From positions 406,224,001 through 406,288,000 of the forward strand of contig OZ024741.1 of the NCBI GenBank assembly GCA_964016885.1: DNA of 64,000 nucleotides. The letters are read 5' to 3'. Below the pieces are notes generated by a model. It searched no databases. It saw only the letters and a list, made by a program, of their open reading frames with translations, and was not told the DNA's origin. This document shows, one piece after another, positions 1-13,525 of this stretch; positions within the stretch are counted from its first letter, which is position 1, and every line of letters begins with the position of its first letter. A program made the position numbers and the translations under genes. The DNA is from Eledone cirrhosa. Lineage: Eukaryota.

Positions 1-139
1 GACCTGAAATGGATGAAAGGGAAAGATGGCCTCGGTGGGATTTGATCTCGGAGGACAGAAAGCCGGAACAAAAACCGCAAATAATTTTATCCAACATTCT
101 AACAACTCTGCCAGTTCACTGCTGAACGAAAATATAATT

Positions 140-400
140 GTCTCTACTTTTGGCACAAGGCCAGCAATTATCCCAGTGTATTACTGGTACTTTATTTTAT
201 CGACCCCGTAAGAATGAAAGTTAACCTCGGCGGTACAAAGTCAACAATTTTGGGGGAGGGGAAAGTCGATTAAATCGACCCCAGTTCATTACTGGTGCTT
301 TATTTTATCGACCCCTTAAGGATGAATGGCAAAGTTAACCTCGGCGGGATTTGAACTCAGACCATAAAGGGCCATAACTCTATCGATACTACCAGTCCAC
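140..400 (-). mobile_element. tRNA-derived SINE copies (MetaSINE/MESC-like central domain), tandem/truncated
   Basis: Reverse complement of the B-box gagttcaaatcccgccgagg plus ttaactttgcctttcatccttacggggtcgataaaataaagtaccagt; same family recurs more than 20 times in the window. Confidence 0.85.
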
Positions 401-899
401 CAAAATATAATCTAATGTAAATGACTCAACTAAATAGGAAAAAGGGAGATAACTTAACGTCAGTTTCTACTTCAGTTATTTAATCAACAATAAGAAAACG
501 GTAACAATGAAATATAATTTAATCTCATATTAGAAGACCCCAGCTGCCTTTTATATCTGAATTATTTTCCTCCTGTGAATAGATTTCATTGAAATCTTGG
601 TTTTAAATTGGCTTTTCATAATATAGAAAAATAAGAAAGACACAAGATTATGTTATGGCTCCCATAACTGCCGGCTCTTGTTTAAATCATACAAGCGCAG
701 GTTTAGTTTTGAAACTAATGAGAAAAAAATAATATCTGAGATTCAATTCAATGCTAGATATAGGTAAATAATAAATTTCGTAAGTTATTAATGATGCCGT
801 CGGGGTCCTGACTCTTTTCCTATATATATATATATGTGTGTGTGTGTATATATATATAGGACAGAAACAAGATTGTTTCTGTCCTACGCCATCTTGTTT

Positions 900-1233
900 C
901 TGTGTGTTATGAACACACACACAGAAACAAGATGGCGTAGGACAGAACAAAGGAGAGGCACAAAAGCAAAGAAAAGAATCCCCAGTCACTGAAGAGGTAC
1001 CAGAATGTGTGACGAAAGAGCTTTGACAATATATAAACAACCATCTGGTTGTGGAACCAACCAACCGGAAATTTATAAATTCCTAAATTTATAAATTTAT
1101 TATAATAAATTGAAGTGAAAGCAACTGGTGCGTGTGTTTCTTATTGGCAACATGACCCTCCCAAAGTATAACCATATCGGTTTCAACACACGTTTTCAGA
1201 TAAAGAATCTTGCTAAACAAATTCAGAAACGAA

Positions 1234-1240
<7 letters not shown>
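900..1240 (+). mobile_element. Solo pseudo-LTR of a Penelope-like element
   Basis: Near-identical in inverted orientation to 24900-25225, which lies 3' of a GIY-YIG ORF; contains HHR; flanked by (TA)n. Confidence 0.8.
985..1027 (+). ncRNA. Minimal type-I hammerhead ribozyme (degenerate stem II)
   Basis: GTCA-CTGAAGA-[stem II]-GAAA-GAGC-TT-TGAC; stem I GTCA/TGAC; paralog at 25116-25160. Confidence 0.6.
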
Positions 1241-1269
<29 letters not shown>

Positions 1270-1274
<5 letters not shown>

Positions 1275-1389
1275 TTGTAATATAATGAAACGAAATTTCA
1301 TTTCTCACTCTTAGTACGGCACTTACTTAAATGTAAGTATGTATGTATACGTACATACATATATGTATACAGACGTACAGTAGCATGCA

Positions 1390-1459
<70 letters not shown>

Positions 1460-2039
1460 TACAGGTACACATATATATATGTACGTATCAGTTTAGCGAA
1501 CGTTTATTATAACGCTCGCTTTGTCCGTTTGTAAACAAGCGAACACCCTGATTTATGCCATACAGTGTTAAGGCAAACATGTCACCTTTTTGTTCAACAC
1601 TGACACAGGAACGATGTACTAGTTTCAAGCTTGTTAGCTATCATCAGCACCGTATACCCTTCTGCCAGATAGTTGAACGTTCGAAAGTATATACTTTCCT
1701 TATGAAAATTAACGGCTGAGCAGCCTAATTTGCATATCGAGTGAGTTCAGTCGGCCAGGCGTAGCGAAAACGATAAGTTGTAATATAATGAAACGAAATT
1801 TCATTTCTCACTCTTAGTACAGCACTTACTTAAATGTAAGTATGTATGTATACGTACATACATATATGTATACAGACGTACAGTAGCACGCATATATATA
1901 TAAAAAAAAAAAGGTGACGTGGTTGCCTTAACACCGTATGGCATAAATCAGGCTGTTCGCTTGTTTACAAACGGACAAAGCGAGCGTTATAATAAACGTT
2001 CGCTAAACTGATACGTACATATATATATGTGTACCTGTA

Positions 2040-2083
<44 letters not shown>

Positions 2084-2131
2084 TGCTACTGTACGTCTGT
2101 ATACATATATGTATGTACGTATACATACATA

Positions 2132-2135
<4 letters not shown>
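1270..2135 (-). mobile_element. PLE pseudo-LTR / retrozyme-like unit with direct and inverted partial duplication
   Basis: 1270-1400 repeated directly at 1775-1900; 1330-1590 repeated inverted at 1912-2135; HHR inside; (TA)n flanks. Confidence 0.7.
1611..1653 (-). ncRNA. Minimal type-I hammerhead ribozyme
   Basis: Minus strand ACGGTG-CTGATGA-T-AGCT-AACA-AGCT-T-GAAA-CTAG-TA-CATCGT; palindromic stem III ACTAGT, GUA cleavage triplet. Confidence 0.85.
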
Positions 2136-2179
<44 letters not shown>

Positions 2180-2182
<3 letters not shown>

Positions 2183-2382
2183 CAGGTAAGAAGGTTGACA
2201 TGGTTTGCTATACAAAAAAGGTTTAATCACATAGCTTACATTTGTTTCACTGAGCTGGTAGGTCTAGAGATCGCTATTCGCTTATTGGTCTAGAGATCGC
2301 TACCAGCTCAGTGAAACAAATGTAAGATATGTGATTAAACCTTTTTTGTATAGCAAACCATGTCAACCTTCTTTCCTGATTT
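2180..2382. repeat. Inverted repeat (~80-bp arms), probable PLE-type inverted terminus
   Basis: 2180-2260 is the reverse complement of 2300-2382; spacer holds a duplicated ggtctagagatcgcta. Confidence 0.75.
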
Positions 2383-2569
2383 ATTATTACTCCAAGTGTT
2401 TACAACATAGGAATTACGGCATACCCGCAACATCACTATGAAAACGCCTTGTTGAGTCAAACCAAGCCAAGCGTTAATATCATCCACTACCTGGAATACC
2501 ATAACTGGACTTTACCTAGGTGGACTGTATTTAACTATTATTTGTTACCCCGTATATATATATATATAG

Positions 2570-4065
<1,496 letters not shown>

Positions 4066-4324
4066 TTTTGTCGATTGTTTATTTTTGAAACTTTATATTA
4101 TTACATTGAATATAAGATTTAAATGTCAGAAAAAGTTAAATCGTACAAAAGAATATATTCCCTCGTATGAGATAATATTCAGAATAATCCGAGACATATC
4201 CATTAAATCATATGTTGGATACAGTAGCTCTACATACTTTATACTGTAAACAAAGTTGGGAAGGTCATGGATGGACGGATTGATACGATGTTTCATTATA
4301 TGTCCGCTGTAGTGTGGTGGATTG

Positions 4325-4500
4325 ATAGAATCGGTAGAGCATCGGACCATATACGTTACGGCATATAGGTACGTCCCTTTTCGTTCTGATTTCAAATCCC
4401 GCTAAGGTTAGTTTTACCTTTCATCCTTACGGGGTCGATAGAATAAAGTACCAGTAATGTACTAGGTAATTGCTGGCCTTGTGCCAAAACTAGAAATAAT
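4325..4500 (+). mobile_element. MetaSINE-like SINE
   Basis: tRNA-like head, ttcaaatcccgc B-box, tttcatccttacggggtcgata core. Confidence 0.8.
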
Positions 4501-4784
4501 TATAATTGTTTCTACTTTTGTTTCTCTGGAAGAGATCGGTTATGTTCCGAACTGGCGAAGGATGAACTTCGCCAAGTTTAATGCCGAAGACACGCCATGT
4601 GTCAGGACGACGCCACAACCACTCCAGAAGCTGTCAAATACCCGTCTTTTCATTTACCAAACTGCAATCGAATATTTAATATTGATCAAAACACCAGGTA
4701 CGTAAACTGCACAATTGTAATAGTGAAATAATCGATAACGAATAAGATGTTCAACTACCAACTCATTCATCATAAGTTCCAATT

Positions 4785-4890
4785 ATATATAGGTGTATAT
4801 GGGTGTATATAGGTGTATATAGGTGTATACAGGGGTATATAAGTGTATACAGGTGTATATAGATGTATATAGGTGTATATAGGTGTATAT
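4785..4890. repeat. 10-bp minisatellite (aggtgtatat)n
   Basis: About 10 copies visible. Confidence 0.9.
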
Positions 4891-4974
4891 GTCATCTCTC
4901 TAGGAACGTTACCTAACCAGAAACTAAAAATATGTTTATGACTTTCAACGAGACATGTCAGCCTACGTTACAAC

Positions 4975-5075
4975 GTCCCGTAACTCCAGATAGAGTTGTA
5001 GGGGTGTCAAGGTCCCGTAACTCCTGATTGAGTTGTAGGGGTGTCAAGGTCCCGTAACTCCTGATTGAGTCGTTT
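4975..5075. repeat. 37-bp tandem repeat, about 2.7 copies
   Basis: gtcccgtaactcc recurs at 4975, 5012 and 5049. Confidence 0.85.
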
Positions 5076-5345
5076 GGGCGCCATATGGACATACGGCGTT
5101 TCTTGGCTATTTTTTAACATGGCGGAACCCATCTGTTCTCCAGGTCAAACTACAGCATATTTCTTCCAGAGAAAGATAGAGAGAGCGTAAGAAAATGGAA
5201 GTGAGAAAGCGATAGTGAGGAAGAATCGACCCCAGTACTAGATGGATGAAAGGCAAAGTTGACCTCAGCAGGATTTAAAAACGAAGCAAATACCATAAAT
5301 CATTCTATTCGACGTTCAAGCGGCTCTGCCAATTCACCGCCAACC
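5075..5345 (-). mobile_element. SINE variant with MetaSINE-like head and distinct ctctggaagaaat...aacgccgtat tail
   Basis: Tail shared with 7940-8000, 29500-29625 and 51545-51660. Confidence 0.65.
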
Positions 5346-6519
5346 AGTTTATTCTGACATGATAAAATATGAAATCAAATCATGTAATTGGTGTGACGAA
5401 CTTATATTGATTTTTAATTTAGACACAAGGCCAGAATATTAGGGATGAAAGACAAAGTTGATTAAATCAATCCCAGTTGATTTATCGAATACGGAAGCAA
5501 GAAGTTGACCACGGTGAAGTTAACCACGGCGGGATTTGATCTCAGTATATTATTAAAAGCCAGAAGAAATACTGCAATGGCATATTATCCGACGCTCTAC
5601 CAATTCTGACGATCAATCACGGTAACTTATATTTCTAATAATATTCAGACAAATGAAAGATCTACCAAAAGGAATAATAATTCAATAGAAATCAATTAAC
5701 ACAGATTAACTTGATTAAGTTGATTTGATTTCTTCGAAATAAAATAAAAATCCAAAATGTATTCCACGTGGAAGTTTGAGAAAGCTATAAAGAGATTTAA
5801 AAAATAAACTATCGCAGCTTAAAGAGGAAGTTGGTTGGTTTCGAATCCCGATTAAAGACAAATAAGTTTCTTTCCGTTGCCATTGAGAAAGAGTTAACAA
5901 TATAGTTTCACTTCCTACATAAATGTGACTTCTTGTTCCAATGTAAAAAAATCAATTTCGAAAATGAAAGGCTTCACAGAATATGAAAAATATTTTAAGC
6001 TTCTCTTCATAAAAGAATGAACTCTTCTACTACTTAAAATTATACACTTTTTAAAACCACTTCTGTTTAAGTTTGCAGCTTTATTACCGAGAAATCGATA
6101 ATAATGTACTTCGTGGATTTTTATTTCTACGCAAAAGCGTTGCCATAGAGGTATTACATTATTGCAAAATAATTAATAAAAATTTACATATAGTTGGCTT
6201 TATATAACAGCACCGTTCTCGATTAATTGGTATTCAGAATGTAGTGAACTAACTGAAGACCTTTCAATGATAAGCTATTGCCCACTCTTGAAAATATACA
6301 AGGTGAGGGAGTTGAACATTTAGCAGCGTAACACATTTCCAAAAGCTTTTCAATGCCTTCTTCAGAATGTACTGAAAAAGGGAAGTGGGTTAAGGCGAGG
6401 ACTTTTCAACGACATCTCGTAGTGGTATTTAAGTTGCTTTAGGTAAGGTAGGTATCGACATATGTATGCTTATGGAAGTAAATCAAATCCTCGTGCCATC
6501 ACTATGATTGAAACTTAAG

Positions 6520-6712
6520 GGTCACTCCGCCTCGTGGTCCTGGCCGGCAGCATGGAGAAGACATTAACCCGGGGGACAGTGAGGGAGACGCTCTGGAACA
6601 GCCACTCCACCTCGTGGAGCTCGCGCATGCGAGCAGCCAACTCTGCTCCGATAATAGTGAGCAGGGATATGGTCCGGGGGCCAAGGACGCCGGAAGTCTC
6701 CACTGCTACAGG
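6520..6712 (-). mobile_element. CRE-clade non-LTR retrotransposon 3' fragment (restriction-like endonuclease C-terminus)
   Basis: VAVETSGVLGPRT...EWLFQSVSL..PRVN matches the CRE-type AVETxG...LFQRxSLAxxRGNA motif. Confidence 0.75.
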
Positions 6713-7234
6713 CTAAATTTAAATAATTTCCAGGAAACTTGGAGTCAGAATAGATGCCATGTAACAGATACAGTCTAAGTGAAAGTCTGTTGGTGGCACA
6801 GTTTCTGTGTTGGGGGTGGTAGTCTTAAACTCTGGGCAGGTTAAACACCAAGGTACACATTTGTGTATCTTGAGTAGAACCCAACCAGAAAAGAAACAAG
6901 TATTTAGGTAGAATCCAAGAGTATACTTTGTACAAAGCTATTCATTTCTGGGGAAAGCAATTTATTCGACACCAGTATATGACTGGTATATATTTTATTG
7001 ATTCCAGAAACAACGAAGACAAAGTCTGTCGTGTAAGGATGAGAATGTAAAGAGACATCACTAAATAGAATAACCTGTTGTGTCTGTCACTTTACATATT
7101 TTATCATTACTCTACATTTATACAAATGAACTAAATATTTATTTCTAACAACATAAGTAGAAGGCCACATATTTTGGCAGAGGGCAGAGTCGATTCTATC
7201 AGCCCCAACACCCGGCCGATATTTTATTTTATCG

Positions 7235-7632
7235 ACCCATGAACAATCACGAATACAAGCGATCGAAATGGAGTTTCTCTGAAGGGTCTTTGGAGTAATA
7301 TTACTTAATAGAGTGCGTACGTAGCTCGGAGATGAGAGAGTCACTCCAAGTAGAGCTGCTACTTCTCCGAATAGAGATATCACAGCACGGATATTACGGG
7401 CATGAGGTTAGAATGTCCCATGAGGAAAGAATTTTTGGACAGATTTCATGGGCAAAACCAACTGGCAGGAGACCCAGGGTTAGATGGTTGGATAACATCC
7501 ATGAGCTTTGCTGGTCTCGCTTCGGGGATCCAGCCGGATCAATTGGAAACAGTTACTTCGGACAAGACCCACTGGAAGGAGTATTTGAGGACTCTGTCCC
7601 AACGTCCCTCGGAGGAATAAGTGAGTGAAGAA
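7235..7632 (+). mobile_element. RTE-clade LINE 3' fragment (degenerate)
   Basis: LLLRIEISQ..YGHEVRM..KPTGRRPRVRWLDNI; homologous to 58200-58700. Confidence 0.8.
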
Positions 7633-8564
7633 GAGCCCATGTGTCTAACTGGTATGGGTGTTGTCAATCCATTAACGGAACTGAATATTGCAATTCCTTT
7701 AATCTCTTGCTCTGGAGTTTCGCTCTTCCTTGTTATAATTTCTTGTTAAGTCAGTTCAGAAGGCGACGAATTGACAGAGTTGTTAGAAAGTCTTTGTGGT
7801 ATTTGTTTCGGCTATTTGCTCTCTGAGTTCAAATCATATCGGGGTTAACTTTGCCTTTCATTTATTCGAGGTCTTTAAAAAACATACCAGTTTAATATTG
7901 GGGGTCAATTCTTCTATATCTATTTCTCGCTTTTATAATCTCACTCCCTATTCTTCTCTGGAAGAAGTTTACTGTGTTTAGATCTGGACAGGAAATGGGT
8001 AATAGTTGATTTAATCTCATGTTGATTTAAAGAACAATTAAGATCCCAGACCTCACCCCTTACTGAGTGCTGTGGAACTCGTCAAATCGGACCCAGGAAA
8101 TAATGTCTCCATTGGTCTTTCCATTACTGATGTTATCTACTGGTCGTAATTCCTGGCAGAAGGAGCAACTTGAAATAAAGTGTTTTGCTCAAGGAACTGA
8201 TGCAACACCCGGTTCGGGAAATCAAACTCGCAACCTCAGACACTAATTAACTAATCAACTCTGACCTGATGCAAGATAACGACAACGACAACAACAACAA
8301 CAACAACAACAACAAACAAACGAAAACCTTTTCTGAAGATTATCCAATTCTCTCCAGGAAAGAAACTCTGGACTTCATACAAACCGATTTTTCTTCCATA
8401 TATTCTTGTGGCCTTACGTTTAGAAAAATCAATATGTTGGTAGTGTTTATAGTAAGTAAGAGTTGGTGAAAGATATTATAGATGTGATACGTTATATTGA
8501 CAAAGTCTGGTTTGACATGAATAGAAATTTGAAAGGATGATACGAATGAATCAGGTAAACGAAG

Positions 8565-8975
8565 TGTAAAGTGGTTAACGTCTCAGGTTACAAAGAAGAC
8601 CTACATTGCTGTTAAGATGAAAGGAGATATTGAATATATTGTTTTGGCCCCATTCGGTCACGAATGACCATAGTTTTACACCTAGAAAGTTTCCCTCTGA
8701 GGCACAAGCCTGGGCAAATTTGTTTTTGTGGAAGACCAGCAGTCGCCCATATATACCAGTCTCACCTCTCCACGCCACTGATGTTGTCCAAGGGAAAGGC
8801 ACTGACCGATACAGCTTGACACCAGTGACGTCACAACTTGTTTCTACAGCTGAGTAAACTGGAGCAAGGTGAAATAAAGTGTCTTGCTCAAGGACATAAC
8901 GCATCATACGGTCTGAGAATCGAACTCACAACCTCCCATTTGCAAGCCCAATGCTCTAACCACTAAACCATGCAC
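8565..8975 (-). mobile_element. CORE-type tRNA SINE
   Basis: Reverse-strand A-box ggtttagtggttagagc, B-box gagttcgattc, CORE gtccttgagcaagacactttatttcac. Confidence 0.8.
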
Positions 8976-9029
8976 CTTCATATTGAATATATTGGAGAAT
9001 CAGTCTCACATGATGTTTATCATATCTAC

Positions 9030-10198
9030 AGGTGTGTGGGGTTGGGTGTATATGTGGGTATGTGTGTGTGGGGGGTGCAGGTGCGAGTGTGGATATGTGC
9101 ATGTATATGTGTGTGTGTCTGTGTATGTGTCTGTGGGAGTGTATGTGTGTGGGTATGTGTATCTGTCTGTCTGTGTGTGTGTATGTCTGTGTGCATGTAT
9201 ATGAGTGTGGGTGTGTATGTATGTGTTTGTGTATGTGTGTGTGTATGTTTGTGCCTGTGTGCATGTATATGTGTGCGTGTATGTGTGTGTATGTTGTGTG
9301 TGTGTATGTGTGTGTGTATGTGTGTATGTTTGTGCCTGTGTGCATGTATGTGTGTGTGTGTATGTATGTATGTGCATGTATGTGTGTGTGTGTGTGTATG
9401 TATGTGTGTGTATGTATGTGTGTGCATGTATGTATGTGCATGTATGTGTGTGTGTGTATGTGTGTGTGTATGTATGTGTGTGTATGTATGTGTGTGTATG
9501 TATGTGTATGTGTGTATGTGTATGTATGTGTGTGTATGTGTGTGTATGTGTGTGTATGTGTGTGTGTATGTGTGTATGTCTGCGCTTGCGTGCATGTATG
9601 TGTGTGTGCATGTATGTATGTGTGTGTGTGTGTGTGTGTGTGCATGTGTATGTATGTATGTATGTATGTGTGTGTATGTATGTGTGTATGTATATGTGTA
9701 TGTATGTATGTGTGTGCATGTCTGTGTGTGTCTGTGTATGTGTGTGTATGTATGCGTGTGTATGTATGTGTGTATGTATGTGTGTGTGTATGTGTGTTTG
9801 TGTGTATGTATGTGTGCATGTATGTGTGTGTGTGTGCATGTATTGTGAGTGTGTGTGTGTATGTGTGTGCATGTATGTGTGTGTGTGTATGTGTGTGTGT
9901 GTGTATGTAAGTGTGCATGTATGTGTGTGTGTGTGCATGTATGTATGAGTGTGTGTGTGTATGTGTGTGCATGTATGTATGTGTGTGCATGTATGTGTTT
10001 GTGTGTATGTATGTGTGTGTGTATATGTGTGTGTGTGTATGTGTGTGTATGTGTGTGTATGTATGTGTGTGTGTATATGTGTGTGTGTGTATGTGTGTTT
10101 GTGTGTGTGTATGTGTGTATGTGTGTGTATGTGTGTGTGTATGTGTGTGTATGTGTGTGTATGTATGTGTGTGTGTGTGTATGTGTGTGTGTGTGTGC
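9030..10198. repeat. (TG)n/(TATG)n compound microsatellite
   Basis: Directly visible; source of spurious HT/CV ORFs. Confidence 0.98.
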
Positions 10199-10254
10199 AC
10201 ATTGCATTTATATTATCTTGATATAATTCAGTAATTCTTTAACAGTTCATGAAG

Positions 10255-10794
10255 ATACGCTCGGGTCTCGAGTGATCGCCCCACCCCACACCCCACCCCG
10301 CTAATTAATGTTCCAGATATTTCCATCCTTACCTGCTCTACTCCCACCCCACCCCGCTAATTAATGTTCCAGATATTTCCATCCTTACCTGCTCTACTCC
10401 CACCCCACCCCGCTAATTAATGTTCCAGATATTTCCATCCTTACCTGCTCTACTCCCACCCCACCCCGCTAATTAATGTTCCAGATATTTCCATCCTTAC
10501 CTGTTCTAATCCTACCCCATCCTCGCTTATTAAATTCTGTTAATCTATCTCCGGTAAGATTTTATTTTAAGTAGTAGCATCCCTGGAACAATTAATTTTC
10601 TTTAGACATTACGAAACATATACATGAAAAAAGTAGTAAATTATAAGAAATCCCACATGTTATAAAATAATTAGGATGGGTTCCGGTCGCAATATGTAAA
10701 CTAAACGACTAATTCTGTTTTGGTTTTTTTTAATAATCAAGGGAGATAACCAAGAAAAATTAGCGAGACCCACGCCCCTATTACCCGAGAGTAT
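10255..10794. mobile_element. MITE-like DNA element with short TIRs, containing a 56-bp tandem array
   Basis: Termini atacgctcgggt / acccgagagtat; internal similarity to 62928-63278. Confidence 0.55.
10290..10520. repeat. 56-bp tandem repeat, 4 copies
   Basis: gctaattaatgttccag at 10300, 10356, 10412 and 10468. Confidence 0.95.
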
Positions 10795-10957
10795 AAATTT
10801 AGCTTTCATGAAACCCTACAGATCTACAGCAGTTGTAACTTCGAAGGGAAATACTTTATATAAAAAATGGGTGTCGCTGACCATAGTCCCCGAAACAACA
10901 CTCCAACCTCGATGTAGAGTCACTCACCTTCCCCCTCTCTTTCTTCTTTGCTTAAAA

Positions 10958-11505
10958 GTCCTTGCTCTTTCCCTATAGACCTTACTCTTACCCTATAGTC
11001 CTTGCCTTCCCCTATAGTCCTTGCTCTTTCCCTATAGACCTTACTCTTCCCCTATAGTCCTTGCTCTTCCCCTATAGTCCTTACTCTTCCCCTATAGTAC
11101 TTACTCTTTCCCTATAGACCTGCTCTTTCCCTATAGACCTTGCTCTTTCCCTATAGACCTTGCTCTTTCCCTATAAACCTTGTTCTTTCCCTATAGACCT
11201 TGCTCTTCCCTATAGTCCTTGCCCTCCCTTATAGTGCTTGCTCTTCCCCTATAGTCCTTGCTCTTTCCCTATAGACCTTGCTCTTTCCCTATAGACCTTA
11301 CTCTTCCCCTATAGACCTTGCTCTTTCCCTATAGTCCTTGCCCTCCCCTATTAACCTTGCTCTTTTCCTATAGTCCTTACTCTTCCCCTATAGTCCATGC
11401 TCTTCCCCTATAGTCCTTACGCTTTCCCTATAGTCCTTTCTCTCCCCCATAGTCCTTGCTCTTCCCCTATAGTCCTTGCTCTCCCCTATAGTCCTTGCTC
11501 TTTCC
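10958..11505. repeat. ~20-bp minisatellite (ccttgctctttccctataga)n
   Basis: About 27 degenerate copies visible. Confidence 0.95.
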
Positions 11506-11638
11506 CTCCCTTGCCTCTCATGTATGCCATTTATAGTCCTTTCCTCTACTTGCCTATACAGCCTGATCTGCTCTTCTTTACTCCATCCTCTTTTTTTCAT
11601 TTTTTTTTATACTCTTCAATATTTTCCATCATTTTATA

Positions 11639-11998
11639 ACCTTTGTTTGTAAAATATAGGAGACATAAACACCTTTGTTTGTAAAATATAGGAGACATAA
11701 ACACCTTTGTTTGTAAAATATAGGAGACATAAACACCTTTGTTTGTAAAATATAGGAGACATAAACACCTTTGTTTGTAAAATATAGGAGACATAAACAC
11801 CTTTGTTTGTAAAATATAGGAGACATAAACACCTTTGTTTGTAAAATATAGGAGATATAAACACCTTTGTTTGTAAAATATAGGAGATATAAACACCTTT
11901 GTTTGTAAAATATAGGAGACATAAACACCTTTGTTTGTAAAATATAGGAGACATAAACACCTTTGTTTGTAAAATATAGGAGACATAAACACCTTTGT
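11639..11998. repeat. 32-bp minisatellite, about 11 near-identical copies
   Basis: acctttgtttgtaaaatataggagacataaac unit. Confidence 0.97.
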
Positions 11999-12399
11999 TA
12001 AAATAAATTTCCAAAATATAATAAAAAGATATCCATTCTCTCTAAAGATTAACTAAGTTTACCTAAGTTCTTTTCTAGAAATTAGAGGATGGAATATTTG
12101 AGTGTTTGGATATCTTGTGTTCTGGGTAATATAATTAATTTTGAATAAGAAAGAAACGTAGATAAAATCATAGGTAAGCATGGGGTGGATCGTAGGTACA
12201 ATGTGTATAACTGGGTGGATAAAATGATTGATAAACTCGTGTGTAAAATAGAGGATTGTTGGGAAAATGTAGAGAAAACTTCCCAGGGTTTTTATTTGTT
12301 TTTATATAAACAGAACAAAAAACAACACAAAATTTTCCTTCCAGGTTATCTCATGGAGTTATATTTTGTTTGATTAATTTAACATTACTTAAACTGTCG

Positions 12400-12725
12400 T
12401 GAGAGCGTGTGGCTTTGTGGTTAGCGTATTCGGTTCACAATCGTTAGGTCTTGAGTTCGACTCCCGGCGATGCGTTATGTCCTTGAGCAAGACACTTATT
12501 TCACCTTACTCCAGTCCACTCCGTTGGCAAAACGGATTTGTACCTGTAATTCGAAAGGCCAGTCTTGTCACATTCTGTGTCACGCTGAATCTCCATGAGA
12601 ACAACGTTAATGGTACGCGTGTTTGTGGAATGTTCAGCCACTTTCGCGTTAATTTCACAAGCCGCTGTTTTGTTAATCGTATCAACAGGAATACTCGTCG
12701 TCGTAACCGACGGAGTGCCACAACA
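12400..12725 (+). mobile_element. CORE-type tRNA SINE
   Basis: gtggctttgtggttagc A-box, gagttcgactccc B-box, CORE gtccttgagcaagacactt. Confidence 0.85.
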
Positions 12726-12797
12726 ACTGAAACAGCAATTTCATATAGAAAAGCCACATGTATATTTTTCTACCCACTGATGTAATTTAGTCTTTAT

Positions 12798-12960
12798 TCG
12801 GTCGCCATGCTTTCTAGCATAGAGTTACGTCCCTTTACGGTCTGAGTTCAAATCCGCTGAGATTAACTTTGCCTTTCATCCTTACGGGGTCGATAAAATA
12901 AAGTACCAGTAATGTACTGGATTATTTGCTGGCCTTGTGCCAAAAGTAGAAACAATTATT
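12798..12960 (+). mobile_element. MetaSINE-like SINE
   Basis: ctgagttcaaatcc...gcctttcatccttacggggtcgataaaataaagtaccagt. Confidence 0.85.
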
Positions 12961-13244
12961 TAACACGTGTGCAATGTCTTCTGTGTTTTAAAAGCAGATT
13001 TCTGTGGAAATTTAATTAATCGAAAACAAAAGCAAAGAAAGTGATATCTAAATAAAATTAAAATGTTATTTTTCAAATTAATTAAAATAGACTTGTTGTT
13101 CTACATTTTGTTTACGATCTGTAATAGAAGACTACATGAAATCTTAGGTATTGTAGAACAGAGCAATAAATACAGTTTAGGTTGTAGCCCTTGGGGGTTG
13201 TAAATTATTGTAGTTGTTGTTGGAACTTGTTGTTGGAACTTGTT

Positions 13245-13525
13245 GACGATGAGTGCTCCCGTTGATCCAATCAACAGAACTACCCGCTCGAGAAATTAAG
13301 ATCTAAGTGACTGAGTATTCTACAAACACATACACCCTTAGTAGCACCCATAGTTCGCAGGGAGATTCAGTGCGACACAATGTATGACAAGGCTGTCCAA
13401 ACTGAAATACAGGTACAGCTTTACAGACTGGAAAAACGTGAAATAAAGCATCTTCCTCAAGGACATAACTCATGGGAATGGAACGCATGTTCGTGAGATC
13501 AACACTTTAACATGTAAGCCATGTG
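13245..13525 (-). mobile_element. CORE-type SINE (same family as 12400-12725)
   Basis: Reverse-strand similarity to gtgtcacgctgaatctcc and the CORE segment. Confidence 0.7.

Noticed and set aside
2285-2330. CTAGAGA...GAAACAAATGTA hammerhead-like string
   Set aside because: Core does not fit CUGANGA and stems I and II do not pair convincingly
8956-10234. His/Thr- and Cys/Val-rich ORFs, and similar YI-repeat ORFs elsewhere
   Set aside because: Dinucleotide microsatellite translations
11639-11998. 32-bp repeat array resembling CRISPR repeat length
   Set aside because: No unique spacers, no cas genes, eukaryotic context
12400-12470. tRNA-like sequences at SINE heads
   Set aside because: A/B boxes only, no cloverleaf, and continuous with SINE bodies, so not tRNA genes
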